Counted from the first letter of the stretch, positions 37,825-51,834 are shown. The stretch is 64,000 bases of DNA from Heterodontus francisci (GCF_036365525.1 NC_090378.1:54324280-54388279), one strand, 5' to 3'. The notes: generated from the letters alone by a model not told the origin. Program-made: numbers and translations.

Positions 37825-39325
37825 GCCTCTGACACAAATTTTCAAATCCTCTCTGGCCACAGGAGAGGTACCAGAGGATTGGAGGACAGCGAATGTGGTA
37901 CCATTATTTAAGAAGGGTAGCAGGGATAAACCAGGTAATTACAGGCTGGTGAGTCTAACATCAGTGGTAGGGAAAATATTGGAAAAAGTTCTGAGGGACA
38001 GGATTAATCTCCACCTGGAGAGGCAGGGATTAATCAGGGATAGTCAGCATGGCTTTGTCAGGAGGAGATCGTGTCTGACTAACTTGATTGTATTTTTTGA
38101 GGCGGTGACGAAATGTGTAGATGAGGGTAAAGCAGTTGATGTAGTCTATATGGACTTCAGTAAGGCTTTTGATAAGGTCCCGCATGGAAGATTGGTTAAG
38201 AAGGTAAGAGCCCGTGGGATCCAGGGCAATTTGGCAAATTGGATCCAAAATTGGCTTAGTGCCAGGAGGCAGAGGGTGATGGTCAAGGGTTGTTTTTGCG
38301 AGTGGAAGCCTGTGACCAATGATATACCACAGGGTTCGGTGCTGGGACCCTTGCTGTTTGTAGTGTACATGAATGATTTAGACGTGAATATAGGAGGTAT
38401 GATCAGTAAGTTCGCAGATGACATGAAAGTTGGTGGTGTCGTCAATAGTGAGGAGGAAAGCCTTAGATTACAGGACAATATCGATGGGCTGGTAAGATGG
38501 GCGGAGCTGTGGCAAATAGAATTTAATCCTGAGAAGTGTGAGGTGATACATTTTGGGAGGACTAACAAGGTAAGGGAATATACAATGAATGGTTGGACCC
38601 AAGGAAGTACAGAGGGTCAGGGGGACCTTGGTGTACTTGTCCATAGATCACTGAAGGCAGCAGCACAGGTAGATAAGGTGGTTAGGAAAGCATGTGGATA
38701 CTTGCCTTTATTAGCCGAGGCATAGAATATAAGAGCAAGGAGGTTATGACGGAGCTGTATAAAACGCTAGTTAGGCCACAGCTGGAGTACTGTGTACAGT
38801 TTTGGGCACCACACAATAGGAAGGATGTGATTGCACTGGAGAGGGTGCAGAGGAGATTCACCAGGATGTTCCCTAGGCTGGAGTATTTCAGCTATGAAGA
38901 GAGACTGAAAAGGCTGGGGTTGTTTTCCTTAGAGCAGAGAAGGCTGAGGGGAGATATGATTGAGGAATACAAAAATATGAGGGGCATTGATAGGTGAGAT
39001 AGGAAGAAACTTTTTCCCTTGGTGGAGGGGTTAATAACCAGGGGGCATAGATTTAAGGTAAGGTGCAGGAGGTTTAGAGGGGATCTGAGGAAAAAAAAAT
39101 TCTCCCACAGGGTGGTTGGAATTTGGAACGCACTACCTGAAGAGGTGGTAGAGGCAGGAACCCTCACAACATTTAAGAAGTATTTAGATGAGCACTTGAA
39201 ATGCCATAGCATACAAGGCTACAGGCCAAGTGCTGGAAAATAGGATTAGAATAGTTAGGTGCTTGATGGCCGGCACAGACACGCTGGGCCAAAGGGCCTG
39301 TTTCTGTGCTGTATAACTCTATGAC
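37825..39325 (+). mobile_element. CR1 LINE (HER1-like) RT and 3' tail
   Basis: VPEDWRTANVVPLFKKG, DFSKAFDKVPH and KFADD. The 3' tail GGGCCAAAGGGCCTGTTTCTGTGCTGTA is shared with the SINEs. Confidence 0.93.
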
Positions 39326-42300
39326 ACGTGCAAATTGGCATAGGGCAGATAAGATTAGAGAAATTAATGCGTGGCTCAAAGGCTGGTGTGGTAGAAGTGG
39401 GTTCTGGTTTGTGGAGCATTGGCACCAATACTGGGGAAAGTGGTGGTTGTACCGTAGGGATGGTCTACACCTGATCTGTGCAGGAGCCGTTGTTCTAGCG
39501 AGCCGCATAACTAGGGAAGTAGAGAGTAGAATAGTGGGGGAAAGGGATCAAACTTGGGAAGGTATGGTAAATCAAGGAGTAGAGAGAAGGAAAGAGAGAA
39601 ACGTAATAATATGGGAAATGATAAACAGACTGTGACAGGAAGGGACAGAGTGTATAAATCTAAGAGTAAATCAACAGATAAGGCTAGAGGTTACAAAAAT
39701 AATAAAAGGACACAACTCAAGACTCAGTATCTGAATGCACGTAGCATTCAAATTAAACAGATGAACTGAGTGCGCAAATAGAAATAAATAATTATGATCT
39801 GATAGCCATTACAGAGACATGACTGCAGGATGACATGGATTGGGACCTGAATATTGAAGGCTACATGGCATTTAGGAAGGACAGGAAGCTAGGAACAGGT
39901 GGAGGGGTAACTCTGTTAATTAATGATGGCATTAGCACAATAGAGTGGGATGACTTAAGTTCAGGAGACAAGGATGTAGAAATAGTTTGGGTAGAGATGA
40001 GAAATCATACAAGCAAGAAGTCACTTGTGGGAGTGGTGTACAGACCACCTAACATTAACCACTCTGTAGGATAGGATATAAAGGAAGAAATAATGGCAGC
40101 TTGTCAGAAAGGTACAGCAATAATTATGGGGGATTTTAACCTCCATCTCGACTCGAAGAATCAGATGGGCAAAGGTAGCCTAGATGAGTATATAAAATGT
40201 TTTCATGATAATTTCTTGGAACAATACATTCTGGAGCCAACCAGAGAGCAGACTTTACTAGACCTGGTATTGTGCAATGAGATAGGATTAATTAATGACC
40301 TCAACGACCCCTAGGTAGCAGCGATCATAATATGATTGAATTTTACATTCAGTTTGAGGGACAGAAGAGTGGGTCCAAGACTAGTATTTTAAACTTAAAC
40401 AAGGGCAATTATGAGGGCATTAAAGCAGAGCTAGCTAAAGTGAACTGGCAAATTAGATTAAGGGATAGGTCAATAGAGATGCAGTGGCAGACATTTAACG
40501 GGATATTTCAGAATACATAGAATAGATACATTTCAATGAGAAATGTTGAGAAATGGGGCGGCACAGTGGCGCAGTGGTTAGCACTGCAGCCTCACAGCTC
40601 CAGCGACCCGGGTTCAATTCTGGGTACTGCCTGTGTGGAGTTTGCAAGTTCTCCCTGTGTCTGCGTGGGTTTCCTCCGGGTGCTCCGGTTTCCTCCCACA
40701 GCCAAAAGACTTGCAGGTTGATAGGTAAATTGGCCATTATAAATTGCCCCTAGTATAGGTAGGTGGTAGGGGAATACAGGGACAGATGAGGATGTGGTAG
40801 GAATATGGGATTAGTGTAGGATTAGTATAAATGGGTGGTTAATGGTCGGCACAGACTCGGTGGGCCGAAGGGCCTGTTTCAGTGCTGTATCTCTAAATCA
40901 AAATCAAATCAAAAATTCCAATGGTGGAACCCGCCATCCGTGGTTAACTAAAACAGTTAAAGATAGTATCAAACTTAAAAAGCATATATTTGCACAATGA
41001 TGGGAGGCAGGTCAGCAGATTGGCAGAATATAAAAAACAGCAAAGAATGACTAAAAGATTGATAAGGAAGGTAAAATTAGAGTACGAGAGAAAGCTATCT
41101 AGAAATATAAAGACAGATAGTAAGAGTTTCTTTCGATATTTAAAAAAGGAGTTAACAAAGTGACCATTGGTCTTATAGAAAGTGGGTCTGGGGAATTAAT
41201 AATGGATAATAAGGAAATGGCAGATGAATTGAACAGATATTTTGCATCGGTCTTCACTATTGAAGATACAAGTAACATTCCAATAATAGCTGTAAGTCAG
41301 GAAATTGAAGGGAGGGAGGAACTCAAGAAAATTACAATCACCAGGGAAGTGGTGCTGAACAAATTGTTGGAGCTGGGGGCTGACAAGTCCCCGGGTCCTT
41401 ATGGACTTCATCCTAGGGTGTTGAAAGAAGTGGCTGGTGAGATAGTTGATGCGTTAGTTTTAATTTTCCAAAATTCCCTAGATTTGGAGAAGGTTCCATT
41501 AGATTGGAAAATAGCAAATGTAACTGTTTTATTCAAAAAAGTAGGGAGACTGAAAGCAGGAAACTACAGGCCAGTTAGCTTAACATCTGTCCTAGGGAAA
41601 ATGTTTGAAGCTATTATTAAAGACGTTTTAGCAGGGCATTTGGAAAAATTCAAGGTAATCAGGCAGAGTCAACATGGCTTTGTGAAAGGGAAATCATGTT
41701 TAACCAATTTATTAGAGTTCTTTGTGGGAGTTACATGTGCTGTGGATAAAGGGGAACTGGTGGATATATTGCACTTAGATTTCCAGAAGGCATTTGATAA
41801 GGTGCCAAATCAAAGGTTATTGCAGAAAATAAAAGCTCATGGTGTAGGGGGTAACATATTGGCATGGATAGAAGATTGGCTAGTTAACAGAAAACAGAGA
41901 GTGGGCATAAATGGGTCATTTTCTGGTTGGCAAGATGTAACAAGTGGTGTGCCACAGGGATCAGTGCTGGGGCCTTTTATATAAATGATTTAGATGAAGG
42001 GACCGAAGGTATGGTTGCTAAATTTGCTGATGACACAAAGATAGGTAGGAAAGTAACTTGTGAAGAGGACATATGGGGGCTACAAAGGGATATAGATAGG
42101 TTAAGTGAGTGGGCAAAGACCTGACAAATGGAGTATAATGTGGGAAAATGTGAAATTGTCCACTTTGGCAGGAAGAATAAAAAAGAAGCATATTATTTAA
42201 ATGGTGAGAGATTGCAGAGCTCTGAGATGCAGAGGGTTCTGGGTGTCCTAGTGCATGAATCGCAAAAGGTTAGTATGCAGGTACAGCACGTAATTAGGAA

Positions 42301-42950
42301 ACCTAATAGAATGTTATTCTTTATCGCAAGGGGAATTGAATACAAAAGTAGGGAGGTTATGCTTCAGCTATACAGGGCATTGGTGAGACCATATCTGGAG
42401 TACTGTATACAGTACTGGTCTCCTTATTTAAGGAAGGATGTAAATATGTTGGAGGCAGTACAGAGAAGGTTTACTGGACTAATACCTGGAATAGGCGAGC
42501 TGTCTTACAAGGAAAGATTGGTCAGGCTGGGCTTGTATTCGCTGAAATTTAGAAGAGTAAGAGGCGACTTGATTGAAACATATAAGATCCTGAGGGGTCT
42601 TGACCGGGACGGATGTGGGAAGGATGTTTCCCCTTGTGGGAGAATATAGAACTAGGGGTCACTGTTTAAAAATAAGAGATCACCCATTTAAGACAGAGCT
42701 GAGGAGAATTTTTTTTTCTCAGAGGGTCGTGTATCTTTGGAATTCACTTCCTCAAAAGGCGGTGGAAGCAGAATCTTTTAATATTTTTAAGGCAGAGGTA
42801 GATAGATTCTTGATAAGCAAGGAGGTGAAAGGTTATGGGGGGGTAGGTGGAAATGTGGAGTAATCAATTCAACCATGAACTTATTGAATGGTGGAGCAGG
42901 CTTGAAGGGCCGTTGGCCTACTCCTGCCCCTAATTCATGTGTTCGTATGT
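39326..42950 (+). mobile_element. CR1 LINE with ORF1 esterase end, APE endonuclease, RT and 3' tail (decayed)
   Basis: INAWLKGWC..RDGLHL (SGNH/GDSL-type ORF1), YLNARSI, IMGDFN and complete RT motifs. Contains a SINE. Confidence 0.93.
40555..40912 (+). mobile_element. HE1-like SINE inside CR1
   Basis: Near-identical to the other copies. (AAATC)n tail. Confidence 0.92.
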
Positions 42951-45130
42951 TCTTCTCACGCTTTCTGCCTCCATATGCAAATCCCCTTTCTGGTCCCTAA
43001 TCAGCCCCACTCCTCTTTTTACCACTCTTTTACTACCTATATGCCTATAGAATACTTTTGGATTGCCTTTTAGGTTGGCTAACAGTCTCTTCTCATACTC
43101 TGCCTTTGATGCTCTTATTTCTTTATTCAGTTCCCGTCTGAACTTTCTATATTTAGCCTGGTTCTGACTTGTATTATCAACCTGACATCTGTTATATGCA
43201 TCCTTTCTCTTCTTCATCTTACTCTCTCTCCCTTTCACCATCCAGGGAGCTCCGGTTTTGTTTTTCCTACCTTTCTCCCTCTTGGGAATGTACCTTGACT
43301 GTACCCAAACTATCGCTGCTTTAAAGGCTTTTAAAATTCACTTTTGCCTGCCAATCTTTGATTCTAATGTACCTGGGCCATTTCTGTTCTCAAGCCATTG
43401 AAATTGGTCCTCCCCAATTAATTATTTTTACTCTGGATTTCTCCTTGTACTTTTCCATAGCTTACCTAAACCTTATGATTTTATGATCACTGTCCCCTAA
43501 ATGTTCCCCAACTGACACTTGATCCACCTCATTCCCCAAAATCATATCCAGCAATGCTTCCTTCCTCCTTGGATCAGAAACATACTGATCTAGAAAAGTC
43601 TTCTGAACACATTTTAGAAACTCTTCCCTGTCTCTGCCCTTTACACTATTACTATCCCAGTCTATATTAGGATAATTAAAGTCCCCCATTATAACTGCTC
43701 TATCATATTTGCACTTCTCTGTAATTTCTTTGCCAATTTGTTACTCTATATTTTCCCACAAGTTGGTGGCCTCTGGAATACACCCAGTTGTTAATAGTAC
43801 CTCCATTGTTTCTTAGCTCTAACCAAATAGGTTCTGTCATTGACCCCTCTAGGACAGCCTTTCCCTCCAGCACTGTGATATTTTCCTTCAAACTGCCACC
43901 CTTCCTCCTTTCTTTCCTTCCCTATATTTCCCGAACAGCTTATATCCAGGAATAGTTCGTATCCAGTCCTTTCCTTTTTGAGTCATGTTTCTGTTATCAT
44001 CATGACATCATATTCCCATGTGGCTACCTGTACCTGCAGCTCACCAGCTTTATTTACCACACTCTGTTCATTCACATACATGCACAGTAAACCCAATTTA
44101 GGCCTTATTGCATTTCCTCTTACCCTGACTCCACCTAATACCTTATTATTTCTTACTCTAGTGCTATCTGTTTCTGCCAATTCTTTGTGTACCTTATTTT
44201 TCCTCTCTAATGTCACCTCTTGGTTACTATCCCACTGCCAAGATAGATTAGCACGAGCGAACCTGCACCAGAAGTGCTGTAACCTGTAAGGCTACGGACC
44301 AGGTGCTGGAAGGGATTAGATTGGGCGGCTAAATTTTTCAGCCATGCAGATACGATGGGCTGAATGGCCTCCTTCTTTGCTGTCACTTTTCTAAGATTCT
44401 ATGGCTCTATGGTTCAAACTGCCCCGCAAGGACATGGGTCCCAGCTCTGTTCAGGTGCAACCTGTCCAGCCTGTACAGGTCCCATCTCTCCCAGAATTGT
44501 TCCCAATGTCCCATGAATCTAAAGCCCTCCCTCATGCACCATCTCTTCAGCCACACATTCATCTGCTCTATCCTCTTATTTCTCTGCACATTAGCACGTG
44601 GCACCAGGAGTAATCTGGAAATTACTACTTTTGAGGTCCTGCTTGCTAGTTTCTTTCCTCACTCCCTAAAATCTACCTGCAGGACCTCATCCTCTTTCTA
44701 CTTATGTTGTTGGTACCGATATAGACCATCACCCTCCCCCCTCAGATTGCTCTGCTGCCACTCAGTGACATCCCTGACCCGGCACCAGGGAGGGAATTTA
44801 CCATCCTGGATTCAGGTCTGTGGCTGCAGAAAGGTTTGTTTGTTCCCTTAACTATAGAATCCCCTATCACTATTGTATTCCCAATCTTCTTTCTGCCCTC
44901 TGTACAGCTGAGCCAGTCATAGTTTCATGGACGTAGCTCTGGCTGCACCCCCTAGCAGAACCATCACTCTTACCTACTGGTTGGAGAGCCAGATGCACTC
45001 AGCGGACTCCTGCATTACTTGCATGGTCTTCCACAGCTGTCTGGTGGTCACCCATTCCCTCTCAAGATGCATCCTGGAGTTCCCACATGGAGCAGGATGT
45101 GCACTCCATGGGTCTGAGATGCACTGCCAT
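42951..45130 (-). mobile_element. CR1 LINE 5' part (ORF1 esterase and endonuclease), decayed
   Basis: MNVWLKRWC..LDRLHLNRAG, CMYVNEQSVVNKAGEL..ITET and MGDFNYPNIDW. A separate CR1 3' tail on + lies at ~44288-44410. Confidence 0.85.
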
Positions 45131-45324
45131 GCCTCTATTTATTGGACTATTAACTGATTTAATAGAAATAAACTTAAGACTTACATAAATAAAGACTCAC
45201 CAGTTTCTCACCAATCAGTTGCTTCCCTTGTGCAGACTTCATTTTATTTTATAGGGAATTAACTTCAATGTTTTTACTTACCTCTTATCTAAACACTTAA
45301 GATTTTAATTTTCTGAAAAATTCA

Positions 45325-45720
45325 GTAAACATGGAAACATGGCCTCTGTCTTGCTGTCGACCTCCATGACTAAGGCCTCATCTGTGACCCTGGGCTCATG
45401 CTTTCTGCCCTGGTGCTCCACTGTTTTGTTTCTTCTTTCACCCAATTGCAATACTGGCAGTCAGCAGCAGCTTCCTTTCTGCCAGTGTATCTCCCCTTTA
45501 AGAGGGACAGACTACCTTTAAGAGCTGGAGGTTAGCTGGAATGAATACGTTAACTTCACAAGCTGCTAGGCTCCCTATTGAACGTGCAGCCAGCAGCACT
45601 GGTCACACTCGGTTGCACACTGCGATCACGGAAATGAGGAGGCAGCATGAAGTTTGTGTGTTGCCTGCCTCAGTGGGGCCAGACACCAGCAAGTTGCGAA
45701 TCGCAACCCCCTCACCTGAT
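45325..45720 (-). mobile_element. Harbinger Myb/SANT gene 5' fragment
   Basis: Minus strand gives VEHQGRKHEPRVTDEALVMEVDSKTEAMFP, similar to the N-termini at 21406 and 62053. The upstream region resembles 21430-21700. Confidence 0.55.
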
Positions 45721-48700
45721 AATAGTGAGGATGCAGATCAATCTTTAGCCCAAAATCTTAGAAATGAAAAAATATTTCACTTCCTTCCTTCTCCAAGTCA
45801 AGTAAAGACTGAAATTCACCCACAGGAAAGACAAATTGTAAATATTGTTTCCATCTGGGTTACAACCTTGGAGAGCTAAATTCTCCTCCCATTAGTTCGT
45901 TAGCAGCAGTGTGGGGAATTGCCTGCCAAAGTGAATCTAGTGTTAACCCAATCCAGTTCCATCCTTGGGGCCTTCACTTGCTATGGAGGGTGGGTCTTGA
46001 GCAGCAATATTATTCTTATTAAGTTTACTGCTGCTGTGATGGCGGGAAATTCAGTTCTGGTACAGTCTTTAAAAGCTTCAGTGAGCTCAAGATATATGCA
46101 TTCCTTTCCTGAGCAGCAGGGAGAACAATAGTAATGTAAGCAGCAATATCAACATCACTGAACGGGTGGCAAAAGCCGTGAGAGTCCAAGAATCTCAAAT
46201 GGCTCTCAGGAAGTTATACCAGCTAAAGTGGGGTGGAGGGGTGGGAGGGGGCGGGGGGGAGTGTGGGGGGGGGGGAGGAAGGCAGATAGCTGGGCACTGA
46301 GGGCAGAGAGTTTAATAAGAAGGTGGAGAGAGTGCTAAGGGGATTTGACAGAGGCAATCAGTGCATTCTGCACTATCTCAAAGAACTGCCACACAGTAAA
46401 TGAAGTGGTTTGATGATTTGACATTGACAATCCAACATACTTATGTGAAAGATATTCATTTATTGTGAATTTTTTGGATGGATGGATGACTCATCTGCAT
46501 CCCCAGTAAAATTGGGCTGTATAATAAAGAGGGCACGATTGCATCAGATGCAGTTTGCCCCAAATTTTGATCCTTCTGCACGTGATCCATTTGCTTTGCA
46601 CTCTGTCACTCCCATCCAGGAATTTCAGGCCCATTTAAATGATCCATCATGCTTAGAAGAAGAAGCAGAGGACCAAGAGGGATTTAGGAAGGCTAGCTGC
46701 ATGAGAGGTGCTCTGTCATTACTCACAGGGGCATCTTGTACAAAATAACCCAATCACAGGATATATCATGCTATCATTGATATTGTGTGAAAGAAGGTAG
46801 CCAGCATACTCTAATTGGCTGCCAACAGCATATTTGCAGCAATTATCCAGCCTACCTGTCAATGACTGGAATACTCTCTTCACAGGGCATGAGCACATAA
46901 AACCTGTTACTGATCATTTAGGTCTATATAGCACCCATACTGGAAAATCTAGGCTTGTTGTGATTTGGTTATAGTTCTAGCATGTACAATAGTATACTAT
47001 AGTAACATGTTATTTGACAGTAATTTAAGGTGAAAATATACATTGAGACAGCTTGATTTGGTAATACAATCAGGTTAGGTAACTAGGTCTGCTTTCCCTG
47101 TTTGGAAATGAGTTTTGCTAATTATCACCTAAGTTACTAACTGGAGTAATAGTGGGACATTTAGTTAAAATGAGAGATAGAGTTGGCTTTCCTTGCTGTA
47201 GGCTAATTAATGAGTAGCTGTGATCATCAAGAAATCCATGATTCAAACTGTCCTACTCTTCTGGCTGAGTGTGGCTACAGATGCCAGACAACTCTTTATA
47301 AAAAGTAGAAGGGAATATGCTTGTCTTTTCTGTATTATTGAGATGCCAAGAAATGAATTATCATCTATATAAATGTAAAAAAATGTAAAACCAGCCCTTT
47401 ATACCAAATCAAATTTTAGAAGTCATCGGTGCAAAAACAGGAAACACTTATTTTTTGTTGAATTTACTGAGTACTTGACACTTTTACTAAAAGTGTGTAA
47501 ATTTTGTGTGTGCTCAGGCATCACTGTTGACATTAATTTAAAACAGTTGACAAATATCACGAGATAATTTTACTCAGTAGGGCCTGAGTTTAGAAGATAA
47601 AATTGCTATTTGTGTAATACATCAGGATTGACAGATGATGATTTCTAAAAATGCAGTAGCACTAATTATTTTAGTGGTATACGATGCAGTACTAAACTAT
47701 CTGACATTTGAAAAAAAATTCTGCCACAAAAAAAATAAATTTCTGCAATGTCATTCATTGCCATATAGGTTTTTAGCTTTCCAATACTCGAGAAAAATCC
47801 ACATTCAAATGGTCCTTTGAGTGCGGCCAGCACAGTTCTATCCAATTCCAGCCATTCTGCAGATGTCTTCATAAGAATATTAATTGGGTCACCTTCATGG
47901 TGGCAAAACAAAAGCAATGTGCCATGGCTTCCCATGTTTCACGGCAAAAGAGCATACTCTCTAAGGCACAGACCCTTATCTCCAACATGGCAGAGATCTT
48001 GTATCTTTTGTTAACCTACATTTTTTAATCTTTTTTATGTATGTGAAGATGAGGAAATAAGGGGCATATTGTTGCCTTTGAAATGTCAGCACCATTGTGT
48101 GGTCATTCATCCCTAATGATTTGACACTGCAATGGTGGCAGGTGCAAAAAACAACTGTAAATTAAGGTTACATCATTAAAAAAACAATACAATAAAGCAC
48201 ACTTAATTACACAGGCAAGATGTTGTGGAGCCAGATATTTTGGCAAACAAAGCAGGAGCAGTGACAGCCAGAGACACTCCGGAAGAGAGCAGTGGGTATG
48301 TGAATGGCCAGCAACTCTTTTGGAGTGGGGCTTGAATTTTGAAGAGGACAGGAGTGGGAACAGAAGAAGTCAGAGAGGCTCCTTTGGGAGAGAATCATGA
48401 ACCAGAGTGTCTGTAGAGACTTCTTTATTTTCATTAAAAATGAATCATGCAAGATGCTGTAGAACTGGCTTCTCGGCAAACTGAATAAGAATGGGATAAG
48501 GTACTAGCCAGAGAAATTCCCCTAGGGAGGAATGTGATCAGGGTTAGCCACATAATTGTTCATTTAATTCAAGTCAATTTTCAATTCAGTACTGTATTGA
48601 AAGACAACCCAAAAATGTTTTACAAACACAAATAGTAAAAAAATGTAGTCAAAGGAAGGGTGGGGCATTCTGTTTTTACATGTAAACTATTATTTCCCAT

Positions 48701-49244
48701 GTATGCCAACACCGAGCATTAATGACTACTGGGTCCTGAAGAGATATATGTATGCATTCATGTCCCAATGTGCATGACTGACATACAAGGTTCCTTCCTG
48801 GTAGTGTGCATTTATAAAATCACCCCAGAAGTCCCAAGCTAATTGAAAGCTGTTAACTGTTGATTACTAATGTGCCTTTTTAAAAGTTGAAAAATGTCCT
48901 GGTCTCTGAAAGGTTGCCAAGATAAATGTGATCACATTTTGGTGTATTTTCTAACTTTGGGTTCCAATGCATCTCAGAAATATTTCACTGCTTCCTTGGT
49001 TGAACATCAAAGATGAGGAATGCACAGCACATTTGCACCTATTCACCTATTTTTCAACTGCCTGTGTTTCGCTACTTCACTTTTTATTATTGCAGTGTGA
49101 ATGCATTTACCCTATGGCAAGTGATAAGCATCAAACATGCAGGGCAACACAATAAACTGCATGCTAATTGCAAACTCGCATTAGTAGATGGTCAGTGTCC
49201 TTAGTGATTTCATAATGGTCCCTGTTCCAGCCAGCAGAGATAAA

Positions 49245-50025
49245 AGGCTGGATTTTACCGGCCCCCCGACATCGGGGGTCGTGGCGGGAGGGCCTGGAAA
49301 ATACCTCCAGCAGAGGCCCACCACGGGCCTCATGCCAGGAAGGCCCCGCCCCATTTTACCAGTGGCGGCGTGGCCTTGTAGCGGCCCCCCACCCTGCCGC
49401 TCGGCGACAGAAACTTCATTAAATATTTACATCTATTTGAATTAATGAATAAATACTCACCTTGTCGCGACGGTCATCCTGCTGCGATATTCCAGCTGGT
49501 TGCCGGAACTCCCACACCTTAACATCTCCGTTTGGAAATCCGAGGCAGAACGCTGGTTGGAAGGGGGGAGCAGCTAATTTTTTAGGGTGGGGGGGTGGTG
49601 GAGAACAGGGAAGACAAAAGTGGAGCGGATGGTGGGAAGGGGTTGAAGGTTGGGTGGGGGGGAAGGTCAGGATCACGAGATTACTTTTTTTGGGGGGGAG
49701 AGGGCAATTAATAAATTGATTAGTCATTGGGGGGGTGGGAGAAGGGATTGAAACTTTGAACTTTCTTTCCCCTAAACCTTTAAAAATTTAAATGATTCAG
49801 AAGGACTTGAAACCCTTTAAAATTGGCTGCAGTGCCTGTGCAGTGGCACCGGACACCATTGCCGGGGACAAAGTGCCCGTCCGCTCTGCATCATTGGGGG
49901 CAGGCAACCGCCCCAGCCATGTAAATGAGCCGCACCACCAAATATCGCGGCGGCTCCATGGTGCACATCTTGCAAGTGCACTGCACCGTGTTTGAACTTG
50001 GTGGTGAGCTGTAAAAATTCAGCCC
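49245..50025. mobile_element. Harbinger-type MITE
   Basis: TIRs AGGCTGGATTTT / AAAATTCAGCCC. TSD AAA/AAA. Confidence 0.85.
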
Positions 50026-51029
50026 AAAGTCTTCAACCAACTCTATTTTGATATGCTGAGATGAGAGATTACTTAGTTTTTTTTAAAACTGTAATTGACA
50101 ATATTCTGAAGCAGTGTTTAATTTTACAATCTAAATGTTGAAATTCCAGCAGAAATCAACAATTGAAATAAATTCTTCACAATCTATCTAATTCTATGTA
50201 TTGGCTGCACCGCTCCCAACCAAATATTATGCTCGCCAATACATCCCAGTTATTTTTCCAACGATCTGAAGTGTAAATTCTGCAGTGGAGGATCGGGAAA
50301 CACAACGGTCTAATTTACGGTGTTCGCTGCCATTGCAGCAATTTCTGGGCCAATGTGATTCAGAGGTGTATTAGTCAGAATTTTAAAATGTTTCTTTAAT
50401 TTCCATAATTGATATATTTGCTTGTGGATCACAAAGAAAACCTGAAGACTATTCCGGCAATTTGCAATCTAATGAGTTTTTTTTAAAGAAAATCTCATCG
50501 TGTTACAAATTTCCAAACTAAAAAGATTCTGCTTTTCAATGCAAACAAGTGATTTAAAGTAATTGGACATGCAAAATGGTTTAGTTCACTGTGCTTACAA
50601 TCTTGTGATATCACTCTTTAAATGTATGTAAAATTGTACATCAATGTCCTTGTTTGCACAAGGTTTGTCAGCTGTCTTTTTATTTTTACTTCAAATGCCA
50701 TTGCAATTGCATTAAGCTTGAGTACACTTTGGCAAAGACAAAAAAAATCCTTCCATACCCCAGTGACTTGGCCCATTAAATCTCAGAATCTTACTTCCAT
50801 TCATGGGGGTTCCAAATGGCGACATACTTTCCAGGCAGGAGCTCACCTTGCATATATAATTTGGAGCCAAATCAGAGTTGTGGCAGAAGAGCCATGCACA
50901 GTATATCAGATGGAAGTCCAGATGTGTGCCAAATATGCATGGCAATACCCATTTCAGAAATTTTAACCATAATGTGCAAATTGATTCAGTTTCTGGCACT
51001 AGTAGCAAGAAAAGGAAGCCCTCCTTCCC

Positions 51030-51685
51030 ATACACGGAGGTGGGGGGGGGGCAAGCAAAATAGCAGGGAGCACCATTCCCAATGTTGCCCAGGCCCCCTG
51101 CTATTTTGTCCAGGGCGGGGAACACCGAGAACGGCCTTCCCACACCAGGCCAATTAATGGCCACTTAAGGGCCTCTTCTCACCTCCACCTCAATTTTTCA
51201 GGGAGGTTAAGGGGCCTGCCACTACCGGGATAAGCCACCAGGTAAAACCTGGAGGCCTTCTTGAAGGGTCAGGAGGGGATGCCTCCCTTGGGGGCAATTC
51301 AGGGCCCCAGGAGGTTTCCCCCCCAACAGTGATTGTGCCCCCCACCACAGGAAGACACACCCCACCATCACCAATAACCCCCCCACCCCCACACCTCACT
51401 GAAGCCTGCCTCACTGGTGCCGGCAATCCCGACCCAACTCACCTGTCCTCAGGACTCCTTCTTCGGTGGTGCAGGGCCTCCTGCAGTACCGGCAGTGGCC
51501 ACTGCACCCAGTGGTGCGGCCAGTACTACAGAGCTGCTGAAAGGGACGACGTCCCTGATGGCGGGCAGTTAATTGGATGCCCACTGTGGAATGGTTTTTG
51601 GGGTCTTTTGGAGGGCAGAGGCGAGGTCTTGCTCCACCTTCCAGCCCACTACTGGGGACCCCAGCGCAAGAATAAAATACAGCCT
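51030..51685. mobile_element. Harbinger-type MITE (left end eroded)
   Basis: GGCCAATTAATGGCCACTTAAGGGCCTC block. Right TIR AAAATACAGCCT. Confidence 0.7.
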
Positions 51686-51834
51686 GAAGTATCTGAGATA
51701 TCTGACAGTTGGAGCAAATATTGTTTTGCCTTTACCTGAGACTTGAAATGAGCCAAGCATTCTCCAAGATGATACAATAAGTCCCTTTTCGGACACCACA
51801 GCATACCTCAATAAAGATTGATAAAAGAGAAAGA

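Noticed and set aside
37625-38725. 366-aa ORF with a novel N-terminus
   Set aside because: Chance read-through of unique sequence into a 5'-truncated CR1 RT. There is no true ATG start, promoter or splice support.
40555-40635. tRNA-like sequences (also at ~265-342, 26855, 55140-55216)
   Set aside because: They are SINE heads with A/B boxes, not complete cloverleaf tRNA genes.
46228-46282. G-rich potential quadruplex tract
   Set aside because: Simple low-complexity run with no further support.
47666-47935. 89-aa minus-strand ORF in unique DNA
   Set aside because: No recognisable motif or convincing splice signals.
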